A DNA stretch of 64,000 nucleotides from an uncultured Flavobacteriales bacterium (lineage in GTDB: Bacteria > Bacteroidota > Bacteroidia > Flavobacteriales_D > CAJJDF01). How positions within the stretch are numbered: position 1 is the first letter of the stretch; every line of letters starts with the position of its first letter. The stretch covers positions 1,491-65,490 of the forward strand of contig CAXIAX010000003.1 in the NCBI GenBank assembly GCA_964021785.1, in the 5' to 3' direction. The notes beneath the pieces were generated by a model. The model was not told where the DNA came from and searched no databases. It saw only the letters and a program-made list of their open reading frames with translations. Below are positions 29,818-39,211 of the stretch, one piece after another. The position numbers were made by a program, and so were the translations under genes.

Positions 29818-30024
29818 TTATATGTCCAAATCTTCTAATTCTGACTCAAGTCCTTCAACTTCTTCATCAATAGCATTGATTTCTTCTTCCATAGAATCTA
29901 ATTCATCTTGTGCAGTGTTAATTTCTGTAACTACTGATTCCAATTCTTCTGGTGAAGTTGTTTCACCACAAGAAAATAATAAAAGTGAAGCTGCTGCTGC
30001 ACCTAATAAAATTGTCTTTTTCAT
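29818..30024 (-). CDS. small acidic lipoprotein, unknown function
   Basis: 68 aa. Lipobox LLLFSCG, then an extremely Glu/Asp-rich helical segment. It lies 22 nt upstream of the K/E/A-rich gene. Confidence 0.5.
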   Translation of the reverse strand: MKKTILLGAAAASLLLFSCGETTSPEELESVVTEINTAQDELDSMEEEINAIDEEVEGLESELEDLDI

Positions 30025-30117
30025 TTGTTTTTAATTTTGGGTTAAATAATATTAGCTAAAAATAATAATAATACTTCAATTTACTTTAAACTCCACGCAT
30101 ATATATTATAACTTACT

Positions 30118-30125
30118 TATCTTTG
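30118..30125 (+). promoter_or_regulatory. -7 box TAnnTTTG upstream of clpX
   Basis: tatctttg lies 20 nt before ATG 30145. Confidence 0.45.
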
Positions 30126-30144
30126 TTGATAAACAAAATTCAAA

Positions 30145-31377
30145 ATGTCTAAAAAAAATAACTCAAGCTGTTCATTCTGTGGAAGAAAAAGAGAAGATGT
30201 CTCTATGCTAATCGCAGGAATAGAAGGTCATATTTGTGAAAACTGTATCGAACAAGCGAACGATATTGTAACACAAGATCTAAAAACAACTAAAAGCATT
30301 GATTTACAGGAAGAAATTAAGTTTCTTAAACCTGCTGAAATAAAAAACAAATTAGACGAATATATTATTGGTCAAGAAGATGCTAAAAAAATCCTTTCGG
30401 TAGCAGTATATAATCATTACAAACGATTATTAAACCCTGGAAGTGATGCAGACGATATAGAATTAGAAAAATCTAATATCTTATTGGTGGGAAGAACTGG
30501 TACTGGTAAAACATTATTGGCAAAAACAATTGCTAAAATGCTTAATGTTCCATTTACCATTGCTGATGCAACTGTATTTACACAAGCAGGATATGTAGGA
30601 GAAGATGTAGAAAGTTTACTTACTCGTTTATTACAAGCTGCAGATTATGATGTAGAAGCTGCACAAAAAGGTATTGTATTTTTAGATGAGATTGACAAAA
30701 TTGGAAGAAAAGGAGACAGTCCTTCTATTACAAGAGATGTTACATCTGAAGGAACTCAACAAGCATTACTTAAGCTTCTTGAAGGAACGGATGTACGTGT
30801 TCCGCCACAAGGAGGAAGAAAACACCCAGACCAAAAAATGGTAGAAATAGATACAAGAAACATTTTGTTTATCTCTGGTGGTGCTTTTGATGGAATTGAA
30901 AGAATGATTGAAAGAAGAATTAAAACTCAACCTCTAGGTTTTGGAGCAGATTCTACAGACCTTGATGAAGAAAACTTATTGGAATACATTAGCCCACAAG
31001 ATGTAAAATCTTTTGGATTGATACCCGAGTTGATTGGTCGTTTCCCTATTCTTACTCACTTAAATCCTTTGGATAAAGATGCATTAAAAAGAATTCTTAC
31101 CGAACCAAAAAATGCACTAATTAAGCAATACACTAAATTATTTGAGTTGGATAATGTGCAATTGACTTTTGATAAAAAAGCACTTGACTTTATTGCTGAA
31201 AAAGCAATAGATTATAAATTGGGAGCTCGTGGATTACGTTCTATTTGTGAAGCAATTCTTACAGATGCAATGTTTGAAATCCCTTCTTCTACCGACATCA
31301 AAAAACTGAAAATTACTGAAGCTTACGCAAAAAGTAAATTTGATAAATCTAAATTAAGCAAACTAAAAGTGGCTTAA
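30145..31377 (+). CDS. clpX: ATP-dependent Clp protease ATP-binding subunit ClpX
   Basis: Zinc-binding N-terminus CSFCGR...CENC, Walker A GRTGTGKT, Walker B VFLDEIDK, and the pore loop region. Confidence 0.95.
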   Translation: MSKKNNSSCSFCGRKREDVSMLIAGIEGHICENCIEQANDIVTQDLKTTKSIDLQEEIKFLKPAEIKNKLDEYIIGQEDAKKILSVAVYNHYKRLLNPGSDADDIELEKSNILLVGRTGTGKTLLAKTIAKMLNVPFTIADATVFTQAGYVGEDVESLLTRLLQAADYDVEAAQKGIVFLDEIDKIGRKGDSPSITRDVTSEGTQQALLKLLEGTDVRVPPQGGRKHPDQKMVEIDTRNILFISGGAFDGIERMIERRIKTQPLGFGADSTDLDEENLLEYISPQDVKSFGLIPELIGRFPILTHLNPLDKDALKRILTEPKNALIKQYTKLFELDNVQLTFDKKALDFIAEKAIDYKLGARGLRSICEAILTDAMFEIPSSTDIKKLKITEAYAKSKFDKSKLSKLKVA

Positions 31378-31396
31378 GAACAAATACGAAGGCAAA

Positions 31397-32083
31397 ATGG
31401 ACAAACTCTCTATAAAAAACTGGTCGGAAGATGATCAACCCAGAGAGAAGTTGATGAAACTTGGCAGGCAAGTCCTGTCTGATGCCGAACTTATTGCCAT
31501 CCTAATTGGAAGTGGAAACAGAGAAGAGAGTGCTATTGAATTATGCAAACGCATTCTTCATCAATCGGATAATAACATCAATCAATTGGCCAAATTATCG
31601 GTAAATGATTTGATGAAATTTAAAGGAATAGGTGAAGCAAAAGCAATCTCTATCATTGCCGCTCTAGAGCTTGGAAGAAGACGAAAAAGCGAAGATGTTA
31701 TTATCAAAACTGCCATTACCTCTAGCAAACATCTATACGAATATATTAAACCAATTTTGGAGGATTTACCTCACGAAGAATTTTGGATTATATTATTGAA
31801 TAGAGCCAACAAAATTATTGACAAGCAACTTATAGGGCGAGGAGGAATTTCCGAAACCACAGCAGACATCAAGTTAATCTTTAAAAAATCAATAGAGAGC
31901 CTTGCTTCTGCAATTATTCTGGCTCACAACCACCCTTCTGGCAATCTTAAACCAAGCCAGAGTGACATAAATTTAACCAATAAAATAGTAGAAGCAGCCA
32001 AATTATTTGACCTAAAAGTACTGGATCATTTGATTATTGGAGACGGAAACTATTACAGCTTTGCTGACGAAGGAATATTATAA
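31397..32083 (+). CDS. radC: RadC-family JAB/MPN domain protein
   Basis: N-terminal W.EDDQPREKL, an HhH segment GIGEAKAISIIAALELGRR, and JAMM HNHPSGNLKPSQSD. Confidence 0.9.
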   Translation: MDKLSIKNWSEDDQPREKLMKLGRQVLSDAELIAILIGSGNREESAIELCKRILHQSDNNINQLAKLSVNDLMKFKGIGEAKAISIIAALELGRRRKSEDVIIKTAITSSKHLYEYIKPILEDLPHEEFWIILLNRANKIIDKQLIGRGGISETTADIKLIFKKSIESLASAIILAHNHPSGNLKPSQSDINLTNKIVEAAKLFDLKVLDHLIIGDGNYYSFADEGIL

Positions 32084-32114
32084 CTCTTTATCCTAATATT
32101 AAAGAAGTAAGAAT

Positions 32115-32122
32115 TACCTTTG
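32115..32122 (+). promoter_or_regulatory. -7 box TAnnTTTG upstream of the methyltransferase gene
   Basis: tacctttg lies 24 nt before ATG 32146. Confidence 0.4.
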
Positions 32123-32145
32123 TAAAAAAATAATAAGACACAACA

Positions 32146-32988
32146 ATGCAAACAACCTATTCTCAAAACTGGAAAGATTACGAATTACTAGATGCTGGAG
32201 ACGGTAAAAAACTAGAAAGATGGGGAGACATTGTTACAGTGAGACCTGATAGAAATGCTTATTTCCCTGCTGTACTAACAGAAAAGGAATGGGCTATGAA
32301 AACTGATTTTGAATTTGTAGAAGAAACTACAACTTCTGGTCAATGGGTAAAAAGATCTGATGCACCTGACCAATGGCAAATTAAATTTGGAAAGGCTGTA
32401 ATGAATTTAAAACTTACAAACTACAAACACATAGGGATTTTCCCAGAGCAACAAGCTAACTGGGAATACATTCAAAACAAAATACAAAAAGATCACAAAG
32501 TTCTTAATCTTTTTGGATACACAGGAGCCGCATCTATTATTGCAAAAATAAACCAAGCTGAAGTAATTCACTGCGATAGTGTGAAAAACGTATTAAACTG
32601 GGGTAAAGAGAACATGGAGTCTTCTGAAGTAGAGGGTATAAAATGGGTATTGGAAGATGCTCTAAAATTTGCACAAAGAGAAGTAAAAAGAGGAAACAAA
32701 TACAATGCTATCATAATGGATCCTCCTGCTTTTGGTATTGGAGTGAAAAAAGAAAGATGGAAATTGGAAAATAAATTTTCTGAATTACTTAAAGCTGCTA
32801 AAGAATTAATTGAAGACAAAGGATTTATTATTGTAAATACTTATTCTCCTAAGTTAGACGCCAAAGAAATAAAAAGAATTGCTAGTTCTATTTTCAACCA
32901 ACAAAAAGTAGAAGTTACACGACTATCTATGAAAACTGTTACTGGAAAAAGATTAGATTTTGGTGAATTGACTAGAATTCAATTCTAA
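32146..32988 (+). CDS. class I SAM-dependent methyltransferase (RlmI/YwbD-like)
   Basis: VLNLFGYTGAASI (motif I) and IIMDPPAFG (motif IV). Confidence 0.7.
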   Translation: MQTTYSQNWKDYELLDAGDGKKLERWGDIVTVRPDRNAYFPAVLTEKEWAMKTDFEFVEETTTSGQWVKRSDAPDQWQIKFGKAVMNLKLTNYKHIGIFPEQQANWEYIQNKIQKDHKVLNLFGYTGAASIIAKINQAEVIHCDSVKNVLNWGKENMESSEVEGIKWVLEDALKFAQREVKRGNKYNAIIMDPPAFGIGVKKERWKLENKFSELLKAAKELIEDKGFIIVNTYSPKLDAKEIKRIASSIFNQQKVEVTRLSMKTVTGKRLDFGELTRIQF

Positions 32989-33055
32989 ACATTTTCAAAT
33001 AATTATCGTTTTATTCTGTTACTTAATTCTAAAAATGAATTAAAAGGATAAAACT

Positions 33056-33964
33056 ATGAAAACTATTTTCTTACTCCTTTTCGTTTCTATTCTACTAAAT
33101 TCATGTGATACGGGATTAATAAAGAAAGAAAACAAGGCACTTACCACTCACAATATTGTTGAGACAAAAGTAACTCCCCTATTCTACAAACCAATAATCA
33201 GAAGAGACTCTATCATTAAAAACCTAAAGCAGAAAATTGAAAACGAGCAAGCTCTTGTGGTTCATGTTTTTGTTCCGCTTTGCGATAATGAAAACCAAGG
33301 CATTGTACCTACTTCCGCAAAACTAGGAAATGGACTAGATTTGAGAAATAATTTGTACTGGGGAGTTCGTCATGGGATGAAAACAATTTTTAAACTGAAC
33401 AAAAACTGGAAATTAATAGCTACAACTATCCCAACAGACACCAATGTACTGGAAAGAGTTATTTATCAAAGAAAATATGGAAAAGCAACTGTAAATCTTG
33501 TGATGGATGCTTACCGAGGAGATAAAATGAAGGAAACATTAGAAGATTATTTTAATTCTATTGCCGAGAACAAACTAGACTCTATCTATACTATTCCTAA
33601 AACTATTCCAATTTATGGAAATGCAGATTTATTGGTATTTAATGGGCATAATGGATTAATGGATACTGAGATTTCATATAAAATAACCCAAACCAATATC
33701 CGTGAAAAAGATGCTATTTCTATAGCGTGCAGTTCTAAATATTATTTCGAAAATCATTATAAAAAAATGAATGCATTCCCACTAGTCGTAACAAACTACA
33801 GCCTATATCCTGGAGGTTTTATTTTGGAAGGAATAATAGATAAATGGGCTACATTTAATACGGATGAAAAAATAAGACAAGAAGCGGGAAATTCTTACCA
33901 CGAAGTAAAAAAATGTGGATTAAAAGGAGCTAGAAATATTTTTCATTCCGGTTGGGAGAAGTAA
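33056..33964 (+). CDS. lipoprotein of unknown function
   Basis: 302 aa with lipobox ILLNSCD. I recognise no family. Confidence 0.5.
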   Translation: MKTIFLLLFVSILLNSCDTGLIKKENKALTTHNIVETKVTPLFYKPIIRRDSIIKNLKQKIENEQALVVHVFVPLCDNENQGIVPTSAKLGNGLDLRNNLYWGVRHGMKTIFKLNKNWKLIATTIPTDTNVLERVIYQRKYGKATVNLVMDAYRGDKMKETLEDYFNSIAENKLDSIYTIPKTIPIYGNADLLVFNGHNGLMDTEISYKITQTNIREKDAISIACSSKYYFENHYKKMNAFPLVVTNYSLYPGGFILEGIIDKWATFNTDEKIRQEAGNSYHEVKKCGLKGARNIFHSGWEK

Positions 33965-33984
33965 TATATTCTTTATCTTTAAGA

Positions 33985-34758
33985 ATGATTTCAGAAATAA
34001 AACTTAAAGGAAAAACTTATCAGTTTGATTTATCCAAACCGATAGATATTTCTATGCAGCTTTCTACAAAGAAAGAAAACTCTAGCGCTTGGTATGTAAA
34101 CCCTGTAAAAATAGAACCTGTAAAAGGAGACGGATTTGTGGGAAGTGTAGCTCAAGGAGGCTCTGTTAATTTTAGAGACATTACATTTAACCCTCACGGA
34201 AACGGAACTCACACAGAATCTGTGGGACATATTGCAAAAGAAATTTACTCTATAAATAAAACCCTTTCTAAGTTTCATTTCATGGCTTTGGTTATTTCTG
34301 TAGAGCCAGAAATATGCACCAAAAAGGAAGGAACAAGAACTGTAGGAGATAAAATTATAAGCCTAGATCAAATAAAAAGCGCATTAGGGAATCACAAGCC
34401 CGAAGCTATTGTAATAAGAACAACTCCCAATACGGAAGAAAAACTAACAAGACAATATTCTAACTCTAACCCTGCTTACCTGTGCCATAAAGCTGCAGCT
34501 TATATTACTGAGAACGAAATAGATCATTTATTAATTGATTTACCCTCGGTAGATAAAGAAGTAGATAAAGGTGAATTATTAAGTCACAAAGCTTTTTGGA
34601 AGTACCCAGAAAACACACAATTTCACAAAACAATTACTGAGTTTGTGTTCGTTCCTAATGAAGTAGCAGATGGAGAATATTTATTGAATCTTCAAATTGC
34701 CCCTTTTGAAAATGATGCTAGCCCAAGTAAACCAACTTTATATAAAGTGATAAATTAA
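33985..34758 (+). CDS. putative cyclase / arylformamidase-like family protein
   Basis: PHGNGTHTESVGH resembles the HxGTHxDxPxH metal motif, and LLIDLPSVDKE resembles GxDxxSxD. Start set to ATG 33985 instead of the track TTG at 33952. Confidence 0.6.
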   Translation: MISEIKLKGKTYQFDLSKPIDISMQLSTKKENSSAWYVNPVKIEPVKGDGFVGSVAQGGSVNFRDITFNPHGNGTHTESVGHIAKEIYSINKTLSKFHFMALVISVEPEICTKKEGTRTVGDKIISLDQIKSALGNHKPEAIVIRTTPNTEEKLTRQYSNSNPAYLCHKAAAYITENEIDHLLIDLPSVDKEVDKGELLSHKAFWKYPENTQFHKTITEFVFVPNEVADGEYLLNLQIAPFENDASPSKPTLYKVIN

Positions 34759-34772
34759 TAATGGAATAATTA

Positions 34773-36077
34773 TTGATTATACTAAACCAAATTAAAACAA
34801 TCATCTCAGTGAAGAAAACATTACTATTCTTTCTAATACTTTTTACCCAACTCACACTTGTTGCAAAAGACGGTTACATTATAAATTTCGAAACTAAAAA
34901 CCTACAAGGAAAAACTATTGAAATATCCCATTATTACGGATCTTCAAGAATATTTTACTCCAAAAACATTGTAGCAATTTCTGAAAACGAACAATCTGTT
35001 TCTGTCAAAGAAAACGCCAAAATCTTGGGAGGGATTTATAAAATTAATTTCATTGGACAAAAAAACTACAAGGATATAATCATAGACAATGGCGACAGCC
35101 TGTCATTTAGTATTGATGGAATTGATATTGCGAACTTAACTGTATTAAACTCCGAAAAAAATAAACTTTTCTTTTTATATCCAAGTATTCAAAATGATTC
35201 TATTATTTCTACTTTTTTATCAAACCATTCCAAATCCGTGGGTTCTCTGTTTTTTAAACTAGAAGCCAAACGAAGAAATGTTCCTGCTTATTATTCCAAA
35301 AGAGCAGAATATCAAAGAACATTTTGGGACTCTATTGATTTAAAAAATGATCAATTAAGGTATTTACCAAACATTTACAAAACACTAAACCTCTTTAATG
35401 AGCTGCAACCAATTAATGATTCTTTGTATTCTAGATCCATGAATCAAGTCTTAAATCAAGTAGAAACTAATTCTGATAATTTTGAATTTTATCTTACCTG
35501 GTATTTTAAAAACATGAGATACCAACAGCTATACTATTTGGATAATACATTTATTAATACCTATAAAAAGTATTTTGACACCTTAAATATAGAATTCAAA
35601 AACCTAAGTAGTTTTAGATCTATTGAAAGAACTTATGATGATGTATTTGCAAATAAAAAGGGAGAAGTAATCTCTGATTTTAACTTTCTAGATAGCAATG
35701 ACTCTACTTATACTTTATCCAAAATATACCCTAATAACGACTATACACTTATTGCTTTTTACGACCCATATTGTTCTCACTGTCAAAAAGCTATGCCAAA
35801 AATTAGTCTTTTGTTTTCTGAATTGAAAGCTACTAGCGGCAAAAAAATTGAAACAATCGGCATGCTAAATGCTTATGAAAAAGAAGGATGGAAAGAATTT
35901 ATTGCAGAAAATAACATGACAAATTGGATAAATCTGTATTCTAAAGACCCAAACAAAGAATATCAAGAAGACTTTAACAGTTATTCTAATCCAAGATTTT
36001 TCTTAGTAGACAGGAACGGAATTCTCGTAAGTAGATCGGGAGACACAAAAATATTGTATAGTATTATTAAACAATAA
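34773..36077 (+). CDS. TlpA-like thiol:disulfide oxidoreductase with large N-terminal domain
   Basis: The C-terminal thioredoxin fold has AFYDPYCSHCQ (CxxC). The signal/anchor is LLFFLILFTQLTLVA. The start is ambiguous: TTG 34773 or GTG 34809. Confidence 0.7.
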   Translation: MIILNQIKTIISVKKTLLFFLILFTQLTLVAKDGYIINFETKNLQGKTIEISHYYGSSRIFYSKNIVAISENEQSVSVKENAKILGGIYKINFIGQKNYKDIIIDNGDSLSFSIDGIDIANLTVLNSEKNKLFFLYPSIQNDSIISTFLSNHSKSVGSLFFKLEAKRRNVPAYYSKRAEYQRTFWDSIDLKNDQLRYLPNIYKTLNLFNELQPINDSLYSRSMNQVLNQVETNSDNFEFYLTWYFKNMRYQQLYYLDNTFINTYKKYFDTLNIEFKNLSSFRSIERTYDDVFANKKGEVISDFNFLDSNDSTYTLSKIYPNNDYTLIAFYDPYCSHCQKAMPKISLLFSELKATSGKKIETIGMLNAYEKEGWKEFIAENNMTNWINLYSKDPNKEYQEDFNSYSNPRFFLVDRNGILVSRSGDTKILYSIIKQ

Positions 36078-36080
36078 TTT

Positions 36081-36437
36081 ATGAATATTGAAGAATATAG
36101 AGAGTATTGCATTAGCAAACCTGGTGTAACCGAAAGTTTCCCGTTTGACCAAAATACTCTTGTATTTAAAGTGATGAATAAGATGTTTGCACTTACCAAT
36201 GTAGAAGGATTTGCCAGTATAAATCTTAAATGCGATCCCGATTACGCCATAGAACTACGAGAACAACACGAAGGAATTAAACCCGGATATCATATGAGTA
36301 AAAAACACTGGAACACGTGCATGACCGATAATGATGTGCCAGATGATTTATTACGTAAATTGATTGATGACTCTTATAATTTGATAGTTAGCAAACTAAC
36401 AAAAGCACTAAAACAAGAGCTTGAAGATTTAAAGTAA
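36081..36437 (+). CDS. MmcQ/YjbR family protein
   Basis: YCISKPGVTESFPFDQNTLVFKVMNKMFAL and GYHMSKKHWNT are typical of the family. Confidence 0.8.
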   Translation: MNIEEYREYCISKPGVTESFPFDQNTLVFKVMNKMFALTNVEGFASINLKCDPDYAIELREQHEGIKPGYHMSKKHWNTCMTDNDVPDDLLRKLIDDSYNLIVSKLTKALKQELEDLK

Positions 36438-36501
36438 ATTTTAAACATTTAATTAAAAAAGAATCGAAATTTAAGATTACTTTTAATCATAAAATTATAC
36501 A

Positions 36502-37095
36502 ATGAGAAACAATAAAATATTCAAATATTTCATAGCAGGACTAGTTTACCTACTTCCTTTGGTGGTATTTGGCTATGTGCTTTACGAAGCATTTATATTA
36601 ATAGATGGAATTATCCCCGTAGAATACAACAAAATACCTGGATTAGGGATTCTTATTATTGTTGCATTTTTAACTGTGTTTGGATGGTTTACTACTGTTT
36701 CTAAAATTGATGATATTGCAAAACAATACTTTTTCAAAGCCTTGAATAAAGTACCTGTATTAAAGAGTATTTATTCTACTTTAGAGGATGTTTCTTCGGC
36801 ATTGGTAGGAAACAAAAAGACTTTTGACAAACCTGTATTAGTCAAGTTATCCAAAAATCACGACATGGAAAGAATTGGCTTTATTGCCAAAGAAGACCTA
36901 GAGTTTTTGGGAATAGGCAAAGATAAGATTGCTGTTGCTCTTCCTTTCACATTCAGTTACATGAGTAAAATAATAATTGTTCCCATAGAAAACGTAACTC
37001 CGATTAAAGCGAAATCATCTGAAGTAATGAAATTTTTACTTTCTGGAGGAATTACTGAAGAAGAAATGAGAGAAAAAATAGAAATTGAGGAGTAA
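36502..37095 (+). CDS. DUF502 family membrane protein
   Basis: Two N-terminal TM segments (GLVYLLPLVVFGYVLY, GLGILIIVAFLTVFGW) followed by a soluble domain. Confidence 0.6.
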   Translation: MRNNKIFKYFIAGLVYLLPLVVFGYVLYEAFILIDGIIPVEYNKIPGLGILIIVAFLTVFGWFTTVSKIDDIAKQYFFKALNKVPVLKSIYSTLEDVSSALVGNKKTFDKPVLVKLSKNHDMERIGFIAKEDLEFLGIGKDKIAVALPFTFSYMSKIIIVPIENVTPIKAKSSEVMKFLLSGGITEEEMREKIEIEE

Positions 37096-37102
37096 AATCT
37101 TT

Positions 37103-37876
37103 TTAAATCTCAATTTCTCCAAAGAATACGCTTTCACCCTTCCCTATCAACCAAATATCTTTAAACTCATTTGCCGATACTTTATTGAATTTTATTTGCA
37201 ATTCACCTCCTTGTACTTTTATTGTTACTGGTGAGGCTAGATTATGCTTAAGAGCTCCACTCAAAGCCACAGCAGTTGCTCCCGTTCCACAAGATAATGT
37301 TTCGTCCTCTACCCCTCTTTCGTAAGTTCTTATTTCCAATGAATCTGCATTTTTCTGTACATAATTCACATTTGTTCCTTGCTCCTTAAACCTTGTATTG
37401 TACCTCACTTTGTGAGCCTCAGTTACAATATCTATGCTTTGCACATCTTCTTTATATTCTATATAATGAGGTGAACCAGTATTAATGAAATAATAGTTAT
37501 CTCCCGCCTCTACTTGTTGTACATTCCCCATTTTCAACTCCACAATATCCTTATCAATAGTAGCTTCATGTATTCCATCTATTGCTAAGAAAGTCGTATT
37601 CGTTTCTATGATATTCAAATACTTTGCAAAAGCTACAGCACATCTACTTCCGTTTCCACAGAAACTTTTTGTTCCGTCTGCGTTAAAATATATCATTTCA
37701 AAATCTACCGAATCATGATTTTCTATCAAGATTAATCCATCTGCACCAATCCCAAATCTTCTGTCGCACAATTGCGCTACCAATTTCAAATTGTTTTTAT
37801 CGAACACAGAATTCCTGTTGTCAATCATTACAAAATCGTTTCCTGTACCTTGGTATTTATGAAATTTCAAACTCAT
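37103..37876 (-). CDS. dapF: diaminopimelate epimerase
   Basis: FHKYQGTGNDFVMID, the catalytic FCGNGSRC, and LSCGTGATA. Confidence 0.9.
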   Translation of the reverse strand: MSLKFHKYQGTGNDFVMIDNRNSVFDKNNLKLVAQLCDRRFGIGADGLILIENHDSVDFEMIYFNADGTKSFCGNGSRCAVAFAKYLNIIETNTTFLAIDGIHEATIDKDIVELKMGNVQQVEAGDNYYFINTGSPHYIEYKEDVQSIDIVTEAHKVRYNTRFKEQGTNVNYVQKNADSLEIRTYERGVEDETLSCGTGATAVALSGALKHNLASPVTIKVQGGELQIKFNKVSANEFKDIWLIGKGESVFFGEIEI

Positions 37877-37877
37877 G

Positions 37878-38102
37878 TTATTTTATCTTTTTAGATTGTC
37901 TATCTAGAAATTCTTTCTCTTTGGCCGTTAAGCTCTCTATTCCTTTTTTACTAATCTTATCCAGTAATAAATCTACTTTTTCTCTCTTTTTCGCCTCCAT
38001 TTGGTTGTACGAATAATCGTCTCTAGGAACCCTTTTATTTTCCTCAAGTAAAGTGCTATTTCCTATTCCCAGCCAACTCTTAATTTTATCTAAAAATCCC
38101 AT
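37878..38102 (-). CDS. small protein sharing the rhomboid C-terminal tail motif
   Basis: 74 aa. It starts 3 nt after the rhomboid stop and ends 1 nt before dapF. Its C-terminus DLLLDKISKKGIESLTAKEKEFLDRQSKK parallels the rhomboid tail. Confidence 0.6.
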   Translation of the reverse strand: MGFLDKIKSWLGIGNSTLLEENKRVPRDDYSYNQMEAKKREKVDLLLDKISKKGIESLTAKEKEFLDRQSKKIK

Positions 38103-38105
38103 ATT

Positions 38106-39023
38106 CTACTTTTTTGATTGTGAGAATAATAAATCTTTTTCTTTTCTTGTCAAACTCTCATATCCTGAGTTTTTCACCTTACTAAGAATAGCATTAATGT
38201 TTTCTTTATTCGTTTTATTTGGCGCATCAGTAGAAGTAGCCTTTTGCTTCCCTCCCCTTTTTACTTTTAATTTTGGTTTTCTTTTTACAACTGTTTTCGA
38301 AAAATTTAAAGAAAACAAATTATCTAAAAACGCCTCAAACCTCCTCAATATATTCTTCCCATCTTTGATACGTGTAGCATACACAAAACCAAAAATTGCG
38401 CCACCCAAGTGCGATAACCAACCTCCTTGGTTTGCACCCTCCAGCCCTATACTTCCCTGCAATTTTATTATATCTAATAATATAAAAAAACCAACAATAT
38501 AAAGTAATTTAATAGGTTGTGGTATAAACATCAATCGAATTTCATCATTGGGAAACATCACTCCTATTACTACCATTATTGCAGTAACAGAAGCAGAAGC
38601 TCCAATTAAAATTCCATCAGAAAGCATTGTAAAAGCGGGTAGAAAATTATACCCAATCGTGAATAATAAAAAACCTGCAAAACCTCCCGCCAAGTATAAA
38701 CTAAGCAGTTTTTTATTCCCTAGTTTATTTACAAAATAAGTCCCTGCAAAATATAACATTACCATGTTCCAAAACAAATGCCCTATTCCCGAAAGAGAAT
38801 GAGCAAACATATAAGTTACAACTGTCCAAGGCTTAAAAATTAGCTCTGAAAAACTAGAAGAAGCTCCATAATAGTTTGATATTTCAAAACTAGGCATTCC
38901 TAGTTTTATAAAAATTGAAACCAACAAGGAAACCACAAAAAAACCTACGTTTACCATAATGAGTTTTATGGCCATAGATCCTGCATTGAATTGTTGTTTA
39001 ATATTCTCTTTAATTGTACTCAT
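38106..39023 (-). CDS. rhomboid family intramembrane serine protease with basic C-terminal tail
   Basis: HLFWNMVMLYFAG (H..N), GASASV (GxSx catalytic Ser) and HLGGAIFGF (catalytic His). The tail is NAILSKVKNSGYESLTRKEKDLLFSQSKK. Confidence 0.85.
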   Translation of the reverse strand: MSTIKENIKQQFNAGSMAIKLIMVNVGFFVVSLLVSIFIKLGMPSFEISNYYGASSSFSELIFKPWTVVTYMFAHSLSGIGHLFWNMVMLYFAGTYFVNKLGNKKLLSLYLAGGFAGFLLFTIGYNFLPAFTMLSDGILIGASASVTAIMVVIGVMFPNDEIRLMFIPQPIKLLYIVGFFILLDIIKLQGSIGLEGANQGGWLSHLGGAIFGFVYATRIKDGKNILRRFEAFLDNLFSLNFSKTVVKRKPKLKVKRGGKQKATSTDAPNKTNKENINAILSKVKNSGYESLTRKEKDLLFSQSKK

Positions 39024-39211
39024 TTATAAGTTGTATGAAAGTTCAAAATTACGAATTTTATCAAATAGAAACCTTAATTAATCTAGGAAGATATCATTTC
39101 TCATTACTTTATAAAAAAAACAGGGGTTTTCGTGAATATTTGTCAAATATTAGAAATCAAAATTGTAATTTTAGTTTTAACTCACTGTATTCAAATCTAA
39201 TCCTCGATATT

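Noticed and set aside
31397-32083. RadC/JAB protein as a marker of a defence island or mobile element
   Set aside because: It has the full housekeeping-type architecture (N-terminal domain + HhH + JAMM). It sits 19 nt after clpX among core genes, with no integrase, toxin, nuclease or repeat boundary nearby.
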